NCBI GenBank assembly: GCA_964057225.1
Contig: OZ059897.1
Coordinates: 8,184,001-8,248,000 of the forward strand
Length of the DNA stretch: 64,000 bases
DNA from: Auanema rhodensis
Taxonomy: Eukaryota; Animalia; Nematoda
Direction of reading: 5' to 3'
Shown: positions 43,955 to 55,100 of the stretch, piece after piece
Numbering within the stretch: position 1 is the first letter of the stretch
How the letters are laid out: each line of letters opens with the position of its first letter
Notes under the pieces: generated by a model
Database searches by the model: none
Told to the model about the DNA's origin: nothing
What the model saw: the letters and a program-made list of their open reading frames with translations, nothing else
Translations under genes and position numbers: made by a program

Positions 43955-45050
43955 AGTAAATTTCCTGACGTTTGCGATCAAGTTTTTGAACTTCAACTAC
44001 TTTTTGATGTGTCATAAAATTGTTGTAAATAAAGTAAATAGATTATATAGTTAGAGTAGTTATGGATTTATATATAAAAATTCTAAAAAAAAAAAAATTA
44101 TTACTATAGGTGACTAATCTTTGATATCTACCAGTTCACTAAATATCGGTATGACACATCATGATTGAGTGAGCGCAGTCCTTCCGAGTCTGATGGCGTT
44201 CAAATGATTTTAAAATGTAAAATTGAGAGTTTTTTTGTAATTTAAATGGAATATTTTAATATTTCACTTAATTCCATTAAAAGATTTCATATAATATAAT
44301 GAAATTAAGTTATTTATATAAGTTCAACAATCAAATAGCAAAGAAGGCTGGGTGAAGGAAGTTTGTAGTTTCAAGTGACTCTTCATATTGCAAAATTCCC
44401 GGAACATCAGTAATATTTCAATTTGTCTTCTTTCAACTGTTTCATGAATCAAAAAAAACATCTGCTATATTTGGAAATACTAGGCAAACTTAAACTTAAA
44501 TGAATGCTTAAGTTACTTAAGATGATTATAGTTACAACTTTAATATTTCTAATAGCTAAGGACTTTCCAACTTTAGAAATTAGACTTATCAATTCTTAAA
44601 GTTTCATTTAATGATACCAAAAAGAGTTAAATATAACTTATCAACTGTAAATATCAGATGCTTTCACTCATAAGATAACTGTTCCTGTCAGTAGAGGATT
44701 ATACATTGATTAATTCTTCACAGTTTTCTTCATTTAATATATTTTAGGGACCAAATACTTATATAATTATATTAAAAATATAATTTATAATGAATATAAC
44801 ATGAAAAAAGTTTATTTTTGTTATTGTATAGTTGTTAAAAGTTTATACTTTTACAAGAGCTAATCCAGTCTGTTTAACTTTAAGGGAAAAAAATTTCATG
44901 TTGTTTGCTATCAAGTTTTTGAACTTTAACTACTTTTTGATGAATCACATAACAGTTATAACCATAAAAATACAAAAATAAATAAATTATATAGTTAATA
45001 TAGTTATAAATGTATATATTAAAGAAAAATTATCACCATATATGACTAAT
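43955..45050 (+). repeat. Two diverged direct copies of a ~160-bp non-coding segment (about 43955-44118 and 44888-45050)
   Basis: Shared blocks GTTTGC.ATCAAGTTTTTGAACTT.AACTACTTTTTGATG, ATTATATAGTTA.. and AAAATTAT.AC.ATA..TGACTAAT in both copies. Confidence 0.8.
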
Positions 45051-45458
45051 GGATGTCTCATTAAATGGTCAAAACATCTTGAAATGTGTGCTCAATGTAA
45101 ACATTGGAGTAGAAAACAATCAAGTTTTAAAAATAGTTCGTTAGCATAAGAGTTAAATCAACTTATGAAATGAAACAATGAATCATGAAAATGAACTTGA
45201 AAATCTGGCAAATTACTCTCATCCATCCGTTCATTAACGAGAACTATTTTTTGTATTTCCTTATCTGATTGGTCATGCTTCTCTTGAAGTTTGCCCGTTT
45301 TTTTTTCTTTGTTTTTCATCTCAAATCATCGTTCTATCCTTTCTAAATTACACTCTGATTCTCTTTTACCTTCATTTAGTGTCAACGAGTTTCCCAAACA
45401 ATGAATAGATAGCACTATAATAATTGTCCTACCTATTACTCTCTATCTAACATTTCCG

Positions 45459-45463
<5 letters not shown>

Positions 45464-45489
<26 letters not shown>
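45464..45489 (+). repeat. (AT)n microsatellite
   Basis: Directly visible. Confidence 0.9.
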
Positions 45490-45490
<1 letters not shown>

Positions 45491-45600
45491 CAAATATAGA
45501 TAATTATCTTTTATTTTCTCTTCTTGGCTAACCTATTTCCATGTTCATCTCAAATTTATTCGTGTAAACAGTTCCGTTCTGAATTCATTCACTTCAGATT

Positions 45601-46209
45601 ATGATTCGCTCAGCTGTCATCCTTCTTCTTCTCGTTGGCTCATCAGTAGCTCTGTTTGGTCTTGGAAAGAAGCAAGTAAGTATCTTCCGTACATGATTAC
45701 AACAAATGCTTTTCTCTTTTATGAAGTTCTCATTTGTTTTTTCATTTTTAGGCAGCTGGTGCTAAGGGAAAGATTATTTGTAACGGAGAACCATTAGCTA
45801 ATACCAGAGTCAAGCTTTATGAAAAAGAAATAAGTATGTTATTCTTATAACAAATTCTTTCTAATTAGTATTTTATCTCTTTAGCTTTTGATGTAAAGAT
45901 GGGAGAAACTACTACCGACGAAAATGGTGAATTCGAAGTTTCTGGATGGAAGACAGAGTTTACTCCAATTGAGCCAAAAATTAACATCTATCACAGATGT
46001 GGATATACTGGAGTATGATATCCTCAATTCCTTTCTATTATTCATATTTTTACTTTCAGTTCCTCTCCAATACATGTTACAAGAAGTTCTCTGTTGCTAT
46101 TCCAAAGAACTTCATCGCCGCTGGTGAACAACCAGAAAAGATTTTCGACATCGGAACATTGAATGTTGCTGGACGATTCAGCGGAGAATCTACTGATTGT
46201 TTCAATTAA
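45601..46209 (+). CDS. Transthyretin-like secreted protein, copy 3
   Basis: Signal peptide, QAAGAKGKIICNGEP..RVKLYE, IEPKINIYHRC and FDIGTLNVAGRFSGESTDCFN; 4 exons. Confidence 0.93.
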
Positions 46210-47061
46210 TACTCCTTGTTCAAACCAAGTAGAAAATTATTCTTCTTAATTAAAACAATTTACATCATGTAAAATATTTCTTCTGTATTCCTTAGACAAA
46301 TATTAGCTCATTGCTGACAAATGTTTCACATTGTTGTTAACATAACATAATTCATCGTTGCAAACGAAATAAAAATAATTTTTATTATTTAAAATATTAC
46401 TGTATTCATAACTGAAATAACATATTTGAGTCAAACAAATACAAGAGTTCTATCAATCAATAATGTATCAATAGTCATTAGCATTTTAACTAGACTGCGT
46501 GAAGTTCACGTAACCTCCGTACTTCACGTCAACAGTTATTTGTTTGAAAATATGAGGTGTATCAGGTTGTTTTCGCTGTGAGTGCGTTGATATATATATT
46601 TTCTTTGTAATTTGCAATATCTCGATCCTTTTTCTATTTGTCAGCTCAACAACATGGTGTTGTAAGTGCAAATTTAGCAATATACTTAACACATGGCTAT
46701 GTTCTGGTACGAAGAAAAAAAACCTTTTCACTGTATGCCCAGAATAAAGGGATGTATTATTGTAATAAAAAAAAATAATTGCAGGAACAAATATTACGTT
46801 CCGTAAACTATTCACTTCCACTCAATCAGGGAATTCTATAAAGATGTATCTTATAAGATTGATTGATGAGACGGTGCTTTGATGAACAATAATCTAACTG
46901 CTTTTTGCTCTTATATAATGATAGCAAAACAAGGTCGTTTCAAGTTTTTTTGAAGTAATATAGTCTTCGTTTATCAAATTGAATCATAACCTCCCACTGC
47001 CAAACTCCTCATAAAGCTGCCTTATAGAAATTATTATCATCATCGTTCAAGTATACCGAAC

Positions 47062-47610
47062 ATGAACTGTCTATATACTCTCATTATTTTGTCTGTGGTA
47101 ACTATAACTTCGTCTCAAATATTAGATTCAATTATTGATATTGTTGGCGAATCTCGAGAACAGGCTATTCATGTTATTGGAAAATTAAATTGCAACGGAG
47201 AGCCAGTTGATAAGGCTAAAATTAAGCTGTATGAAGATGAACTAAGTATGTTACCTATTTTTGTATGAACTCCTTCAATATCTTATCTAATTTAAGTTCT
47301 CGACGTACTACTCATGGAACAATATACTAATTCAAGTGGCATTGTGGATGTTCGTGGAAGTAAATGGGAAAGAGGATGGATTGAACCAAAAGTGAATGTC
47401 TATCACAAATGTGATTACACGGGGGTATGCAAAATATGAAATTCTTCAAGAATCCCTCTAATTTTTCAGAGCTGTTACCGAAAATTCAGCATTGCCGTCC
47501 CTACTGAATATATCGAGCTGGGTAATCGAGCAGAAAAGAAAGTTTTCGACATAGGAGAAGTCAATGTTGCTGCAGTATTCAAAGGCGAATCTGAAGATTG
47601 CTATAACTAG
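47062..47610 (+). CDS. Transthyretin-like secreted protein, copy 4 (most divergent)
   Basis: Signal peptide, QAIHVIGKLNCNGEP..KIKLYE, IEPKVNVYHKCD and FDIGEVNVAAVFKGESEDCYN; 3 exons. Confidence 0.9.
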
Positions 47611-47885
47611 AATTAAAATTTAATTATGTAATCTTTACTCATGAATACTGTATATATCATAAATCAATTGATTAGACAATTCGTTTATGGCATTTTTATT
47701 GTAAGAACAAACGTGATCGTCAACTAGCAATGTCACGCACTTTACGTTATTCCGTATTTCGTTGACGTTGTGTGTCTTATCGTTCTCAATCAATATCTCT
47801 CTCTGATAGATGTATCATAATGAATGTTGTTGTTTCTATAAACTTTCTTCCTAAACTGTTCATTCTTTGTTTTTTTTTTCAAAAA

Positions 47886-47912
47886 TCACTCAGTCACTCA
47901 GTCACTCAGTCA
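47886..47912 (+). repeat. (TCACTCAG)x3 tandem repeat just upstream of the ttc-36 acceptor
   Basis: Directly visible. Confidence 0.85.
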
Positions 47913-47928
47913 TTTCTTCAGGACAAAG

Positions 47929-48604
47929 ATGACAACTCGAAACGATGCTGCAGTTCTTAGTGCTATCCTGAATCCTATGATGCCAACCGAGGTGGCAACT
48001 GGTGATAACGTCATTCAAGCAGATGGTTTGATAAAATTTCACACTTCCATATAGTTACATTTATAGAGCCAATTGAACATCCAAACATTGAGGAGTCAAG
48101 AAAAACAGAAGTTTTGGGTGTTAAAGAAGCAGAAGCTGGAAATATTGAGCATTCTATTGTCTTATTCAATAAAGCTATTGAAATTTGCAATATTAACCCA
48201 TCGGCTTACAATAACCGAGCCCAATCTTATCGACTTCTAAATAAGACAGATGGTAGACATCTTTCAAGACACAAATCCTACTTTGAAACTCGTTCCAGAA
48301 GCCTTGGCCGATTTGGAGCAAGCTATTACCCTTAGCCATTCGAAAGGCAAGAGTGGATGTCAAGCATTGGTGCAGAGAGCTTTACTTCAGAGACGATTGG
48401 GAAATGACGATGCCGCAAGAGTAAGTGAAACAGGCATTTCAATTCAAGTTTGAACTCTTATAGGAAGATTTTCAAAAAGCAGCTGATTTGGGTTCGTCAT
48501 TTGCCAAGATGCAGGTTGTAGCCTTGAACCCATATGCTGCTATGTGCAATCAGATGTTAGCTCAAGTTTTCGAAGATCTCAAGCAAGGAAAGAAGACTGA
48601 ATAA
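47929..48604 (+). CDS. ttc-36: Tetratricopeptide repeat protein 36 homolog
   Basis: [41 protein letters not shown] and [31 protein letters not shown] match the TTC36 signature. Confidence 0.93.
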
Positions 48605-48692
48605 TGCTTTCAAGCAGATCTTAATGTATATTTCATAGAATTCTACAAAATAAATAAAACAAAAAAAAACAATTATTATCAACAAAAACTAT

Positions 48693-51326
48693 TTACATTT
48701 GAGCTCTTTCCACAGCTTGTATGGGTGTTGATTTTCGAAGATGCCGTAATAAAATAACAATAGCTTCAGGTGTTATACCAGGGATTCTAAACCTGGGTAT
48801 ATATCGTGAAAGCACAATCTGGCTCACCTGGATGCTGCAGCAAGATTCAATGGTCGAGCTCTATCAAGTTTTTCCATGCATTCCAAGCTAAGACCTTTAA
48901 GGGTGCTATAATCTATATCTTCAGGAACTACAGTTTGAGATTCTCTGTCGATTTCTGCGATCTAAAACTTTTTGATTATCACATAAATTGATCGAGAGAA
49001 AGATTAATTTAGAAAGTACCTTGCTCTGCATTCTCTGATGATCCAAAGCATAACTTCCTTCATTATATAGCCTTGTATTCAAAGATTGTAAATCTCCGGA
49101 AATCAAAGACAGTTCTTCTGGGAATGCCTGCTTTAGTTCTTCCACAGATATATTGTGTCGATGAATGAGATCATAGCCAGTCAGAACTATAAAATAGAAA
49201 TATCAACCAGAAATTTCTCAAACGATCTTGGTACCCTTTGAAAGATTTTTACTTTGCAGTTGAGGTAGTACTCTAACCCATTTAGCTATGCTCATCTTAA
49301 TATCGGAAAGAGCAGATGTAGCTATATCTAGCTGATTCTTTGATTCCAAAAATTTATTCCATCTCTCATCACCAACAGCACCAAACTTTCGTCCTTGTGC
49401 TGTTAGTCGTAAGTCTGCATTATCAGGACTGAAAAGACGCTATTTTAAAATGAACTGCTGGAAGAAGTTTTACCGTAAATGTAAACGACATTCCGCTCGT
49501 GAGGTGAACATTCTGTAAGGTTCATTCGTTCCCAAACTAGTTAGATCATCAACAAGAACTCCAATGTAAGCTTCTGTTCGCTTTATAATCAGTCCCTGTT
49601 CCTTCTTGCAAAATGAAGCAGCATTGATTCCAGCTAAGATTCCTAAAATCTTGGTACGATAACAGCAATGAGAATTGCTCACCAACCTTGAGCTGCAGCT
49701 TCTTCATAACCTGTTGTACCATTGATCTGACCAGCCAAGAATAAACCGGCTACATTCTTAGTTTCTAGGGTAGGTTTCAACTGCTTAGGATCAACAAAAT
49801 CATATTGAACACCATAACCAGGTTGAGCTATTTCTACCTAAATACAAATTTGTTTAATACAACTTCAGAAGATATACATACTTTCTCAAGACCGTTTATA
49901 CGTCTCATTATTTCAAGTTGGACTTTAGGGTTGAATGTCATAGACATACCTTGTGGATATATTAAATCTGAATCTAATCCTTCATGCTCAAGGAAAGTCT
50001 GCAATAAAATAAATTTTTAAAAATATTACTTAAGCATAAACTACTCGATGCTTTAACTGAGGAAACCGAATAACTTTGGATTCGAGAGAAGGACAGTACC
50101 GAGGTCCTGATGTATCACTAGCAACATGCTCATTTTCGTTCAAATTAGCAAGCACGATATCTCTAATAGTATCATTTGTCTCACCGAGATATGTTGGTAA
50201 CTAAAGAATTCATATTTTTAAAATATGCATAATTGCTTCTTGAAAATACCTGCTGCTCAGGAGAAAGCCAAACTTTATTAGTCATAAAAGAAAATGGTAT
50301 AGGATCAACATCGGGGGGCATTAATTCGAATTTTGAAAAATCAATTGTATTCTATAAAATTTTATATTTGATTGTTTATAATGTGAAAAAACCTTAAATA
50401 TTCTAGGTGGAGTACCGGTACGTAGCCTTCCAAGACGGAAACCCAATTTTTTAAATGAATTGGATAAACCTAATGAACTCTAAAACATTTGGATTTAACA
50501 AAAAAAAATAAAAAAATAAATGCCTTTTCTCCTATTCGACCAGCTTTCCATCGTTCAACTCCAAGAAAAATTTCCCCTCCTAGGAATGTCCCAGTGGTTA
50601 TAAGAATTGATTTGCAACTAAAAACAAAATCAAATTCTAAATTATGTAAGATATTTTACCTTATTTTTGAATTATCTGAAAGCACTACTCCATTTATATA
50701 AATCTTATCATCAGACGATTTAACCAGCAATTCTTCAACGCTACCCTCAAGAACTGTCAAATTCCGGGTTCCATTAATTTCCTTCAAATAAGAAGAACTA
50801 TTCTTTGGAAAATTAAAAAATATATGCCTTCTGCATTTCTTTTTTATATATTGAACGATCTATTTGAGCCCTTAAACCTAAAACTGCTGGCCCTTGTCCT
50901 CGATTTAAAGCTGAAAACCTGGTATGAGCAATTGCAGTTGAATCTTCTAACCTTGATAGGTAATAGCTGACTTATCGCATATTCTACTACATATTCCATC
51001 TAAGGCATCAATTTCTCTAAGTAAATGCCCTTAAAACGCTGTTGAATATTGTTAAACAAGAAATCCGTACCTTTGCCGATACCACCAAAGCTGGGGTTGC
51101 AACTCATTTCTCCAATTGTTCCGGCATTATGTGTTAACAACAAAGTTTTAGCTCCAGAACGAGCTGCAGCAGCTGCTCCTTCACACCCAGCATGGCCACC
51201 GCCTAAAAAGTGTGTATATTCATTATTGGAACTAAGCTTACCAATTACGATTACATCGAAATCAAAAGAACTTGAAAATTTCCTAATTTGATAGTATGAT
51301 TTTCCACATCGTTTAAATAATTCCAT
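48693..51326 (-). CDS. mtcu-2: MTO1/GidA(MnmG) mitochondrial tRNA U34 modification enzyme
   Basis: [89 protein letters not shown] and [15 protein letters not shown]. Stop 48693-48695. Confidence 0.95.
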
Positions 51327-52064
51327 TTAATTTAATAACCTACTCTGAAGAAATAATTTATGAACATAATTCTTTAGAAAAACAAACCAAATTGGATAAA
51401 AAAACTCCAAATATAATATGCAAGAAGTTGTAACAGACTAATGTTTCAAGCAAGCGCGCTACACTGATAAAATCTCCGCCCATTTACAAGTGCAACATCT
51501 TCATTACAGGTTTGACTTGAAGCCCAAAGAGTAAGGAAAATAACAAAGAAGAAACAAAGAAGATGCTTTAGAATTTTCCAAAAGTTTTAAAAGCATTTTT
51601 TTCGTTTTTTCTAAAACTTTTATTTGCCTTTTGTATTTCGGTTTTTAAATACTTTGATCTAACGCGATAACTTTTAGTTCTTGAAGAATAGTTGTTCATA
51701 ATATTGAAATATTTTTATCTCACACGAATTTCATTTTTCGAAATCTCTGAAAAAAAATCTGTAAAATATCACAGAATACTTGCATTATTATTTTTTTTTC
51801 TGCAAGGGTACAGAGCGGTTGCAATTGAGTAGCGTTACACCATAAGAAAAATATTAGCGTTAAGCTTATAGCCCTCCGAAAGCCTTGTTTTAATTTGACA
51901 ATTCGACAATCCTTTAAGTTAAAAGTTATTATTTCTTAAATAATAAAAAATAAATAAATTTATTATACTGTATTTTAAGGCAAACAATATATCCCGTGAT
52001 TTGAATGAAATGGCAAAAATAGAACAAACGATAAATAAATGACTTCGATCTTGATACAAGATAT

Positions 52065-55000
52065 TTAAGGGTTTAAGAATGATACAAGAATGTATCTTGT
52101 TCCTTCAGTAGTAGGTAAACCTTCGTGCATGTGCGTCAAACGTCCTGGGAACATCATACCATAGCCAACTTCATCGGCTGGTACGGTACAATTGTATCGG
52201 ACGTAACGGACTCCTCCACCTTCATAATCAACTCCTCGCTTATTTAAAGCAATATCAATGCTAAAAATATGATTTATAACTGGAGAACTAGCTGATTTGA
52301 CTCTACCTGTAAGTGCTAGCATCATGGTGAGGACGGAGCGACGCTTGCTCACTTGGCTTGTATCGAACGACAAACATCATATGAGATTCAATAGGCTAAA
52401 ATAAAGAGTTATTCAATCAGCAGAAACGGCAATTTCTCACTTTATGATAGTAACCAATAAAAATCTTCTCTTGGACTGGCCTAACATATTCATCTAAGAA
52501 GTAGAGCCAGTGTCGATCATAACCAATCTGGTTCATATGAATATCACGAGTAGGAACGTTCTCATATCCACCAGCAATACGCTTGTCCTAAATGATTCTT
52601 TGTTAAAGCCTTAAAACCAAAATAAGAAAAACCTTGTTGCTTCCATCACTCCATCCTCCGAAATTCTCCATCTCTTCAATCATCTCGGCGGCATAACGCT
52701 CCGACATGAGGGGAATATCAAACACGTCGGTACAAGGCTGATCAAACTTCTCTGTATCATAAGCCTCATGGTATTTAGGGTGAAGATAACGTTTCTCGAA
52801 TAACTAAGAATAGAAAGTAAATGTTGGTATCGTGGAAGACAAGCCTTACATCACGGTTGCTGAAAATTTCCCACATTTCTGGGTGAAGATAGCCGGCATT
52901 AGAATTTTCAGCAAAGTCATCACTGACAATGAGAGATCCAATAATAACCTCGTTATCAACGTACATAAAGTGACCCTGGAACAGTACGATGAGTAAAGTC
53001 ATTAAAATATTCCGAATTTTACATTATCTCGAGCAAACTTGCAGAATGACATATCCGGATCCATTTGACGATCGTAGGAGAAAGCACCTTGCACAGCAGA
53101 TATTTTTTCTTTATTAATAAGAAGCAACGAGGTAACAAATGGAACCTGATGAATACAAATTAAAAATTTAGAAAGGAAAACAAACAAATTTACATTGAAA
53201 TATCCGATTCTCTTTCTTTGAACAATGGCCATATAATCCTCACTACGTGCATAATATCCATTCTGAGCCACAGCTCCCCAAAAGTTTGAAAATAATTTTC
53301 CTGGTTGGTTTATGAATGGTGCAACCATTCCACTAGAATGCTTCGTGTATTTCAATAATTTGAAGTAGTTACTTACAGCTCATAATTGGCCGAATATTCG
53401 ATGAGATGATGAAGTACCTTCTTGTCCGAAATTAACACATCGCCATCGAAGAAAAGAATATAATCAGATGATGTACGCTCAGCAAAGGCTCTAAAGTAAA
53501 TATTCAATAAAAATTAATGGATTTCATTTTGGCATACAGGGCTTCGTTACGAGCATCTCTTTCCCCAATATCTTCAACACCGTTGATAATTTTTTTGACA
53601 TGGAATTGCTTTCCATATTCAGCAATAAAGTCCATAACCTGAAGAGGTGAATAAGACTCAGAGAAGATAGATCGAAAAACTCACATTCTTGATATTGTAT
53701 TTCTGTGAATTGTAGATAAAAAGAGCGATTCTGCTTTTTGGATATTCCAATTCAGCGAATGCTTTTAAAGCCTCTTCGATAAAAGGAATGGGCTTAGCAA
53801 TCGTGAATGCAATAGTAACTAAAGGTAAATCTTCCTCTTTGGTTATTTCCTAAATTAGCAAAATTAATTTATAACGTTTAGGAGAAAAATACCTCCAGAT
53901 TCAAGCGGCTTTTGTCTCCACAGTTGAAGCAGCCAGTGGCCGAAGACCATCTTCGTGCCACATAGTTTGCCAAATAGTTCAAATATTTCTTGCTTGGGCC
54001 GTTTCCATGAATGATTACTGGATGAGTGTTATAAGCAGCATTGTAAGGCTAAAAATCAAATTCAATAACACTTAAATTTGGTTATAAAGGTTACTAGAGC
54101 ATTTCCGTCATCGTCAAACTGCAGTTCGACATCATGAACTACTCCGTTAAGATTTTGGAAAATACGAGACATTGAATCTAGTCCAATGGCTAAGTTATGC
54201 TAAAATAATCTAGTTAAAATATAAGTTCTATGCAAATATCCAAACCCTTAGTTCAGGATTCAAATACACATGAGTGTAATACAACTGATCGTCATCTCCA
54301 TCAGATACTTCTTGGACGGTAATCATCTTATAAACTTCAGGTGCGTATCCCATGAATAACCCAGAGTTCAAGAATCTGAAGTCGTTTAATATAGTTTGAA
54401 ACGGCAGATAATTAGTACCTCTTTCCGAACTCTACAACCGGATAGTCAGTTGCAAGAGATTGGTCTGGCCAACAGAACGGCTCGGCACCGAACAAAATCT
54501 TTTTGTCCTCATAGTGTTCAAAGAAACGATATATTATAGTATCTAGTCCAGCGGTGAACACAACATCATAACTGAAATATAAAAAAGTTATATAATAAAA
54601 GAAAGCTATTTGAATGCAATCGGCCGATCTAGTGAATTTTCAGAACGAAAATGAAAAAACGATTGCGTTCAAGACGTGAAAAATATGCTAATTAATCAAC
54701 TTACGCATCCACAAAAATAATAAGAGTGTTGCTTTTATCCTTATGCTCCTCCAATGCATTTTTCAAAATTCGCACCTTTTGTCCACCTCCCTAAATATTT
54801 CAAAACTGTATTATGTGAATTTATACAATTTGTGTAAGAATGTTCAAAGCCTTCTAGAACATTCTAGAAAAAGAGGCATAGGGGCAGTTATCTAACCTGT
54901 TCTACTCGAGTGTCGCCTCCTCTCCATTCTTCACCAAGTCCAAGAACTTTAATATTGATGTTAAAAGTTTCTGCAGAAGCTAGTAATCTATTCAGTCCAT

Positions 55001-55100
55001 CTGTTTCCTCTGTTGCAACTGTATAAACGATTATATCTGGCACTTCATGTGCAGCTATTGTTGAAAATAGTAGTAGGGGTAAAAGCACAATCGGCTTCAT
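52065..55100 (-). CDS. let-268: Procollagen lysyl hydroxylase/glycosyltransferase (PLOD)
   Basis: Signal peptide, [81 protein letters not shown] (HxD) and [29 protein letters not shown]. Confidence 0.96.

Noticed and set aside
44157-44196. C/D-box-like ATGATTGA...CTGA with a short terminal stem
   Set aside because: Only about 40 nt, imperfect C box and no convincing rRNA guide.
44437-44444. CTGTTTCA Ruby (21U-RNA) motif
   Set aside because: Isolated occurrence, expected by chance; no cluster seen.
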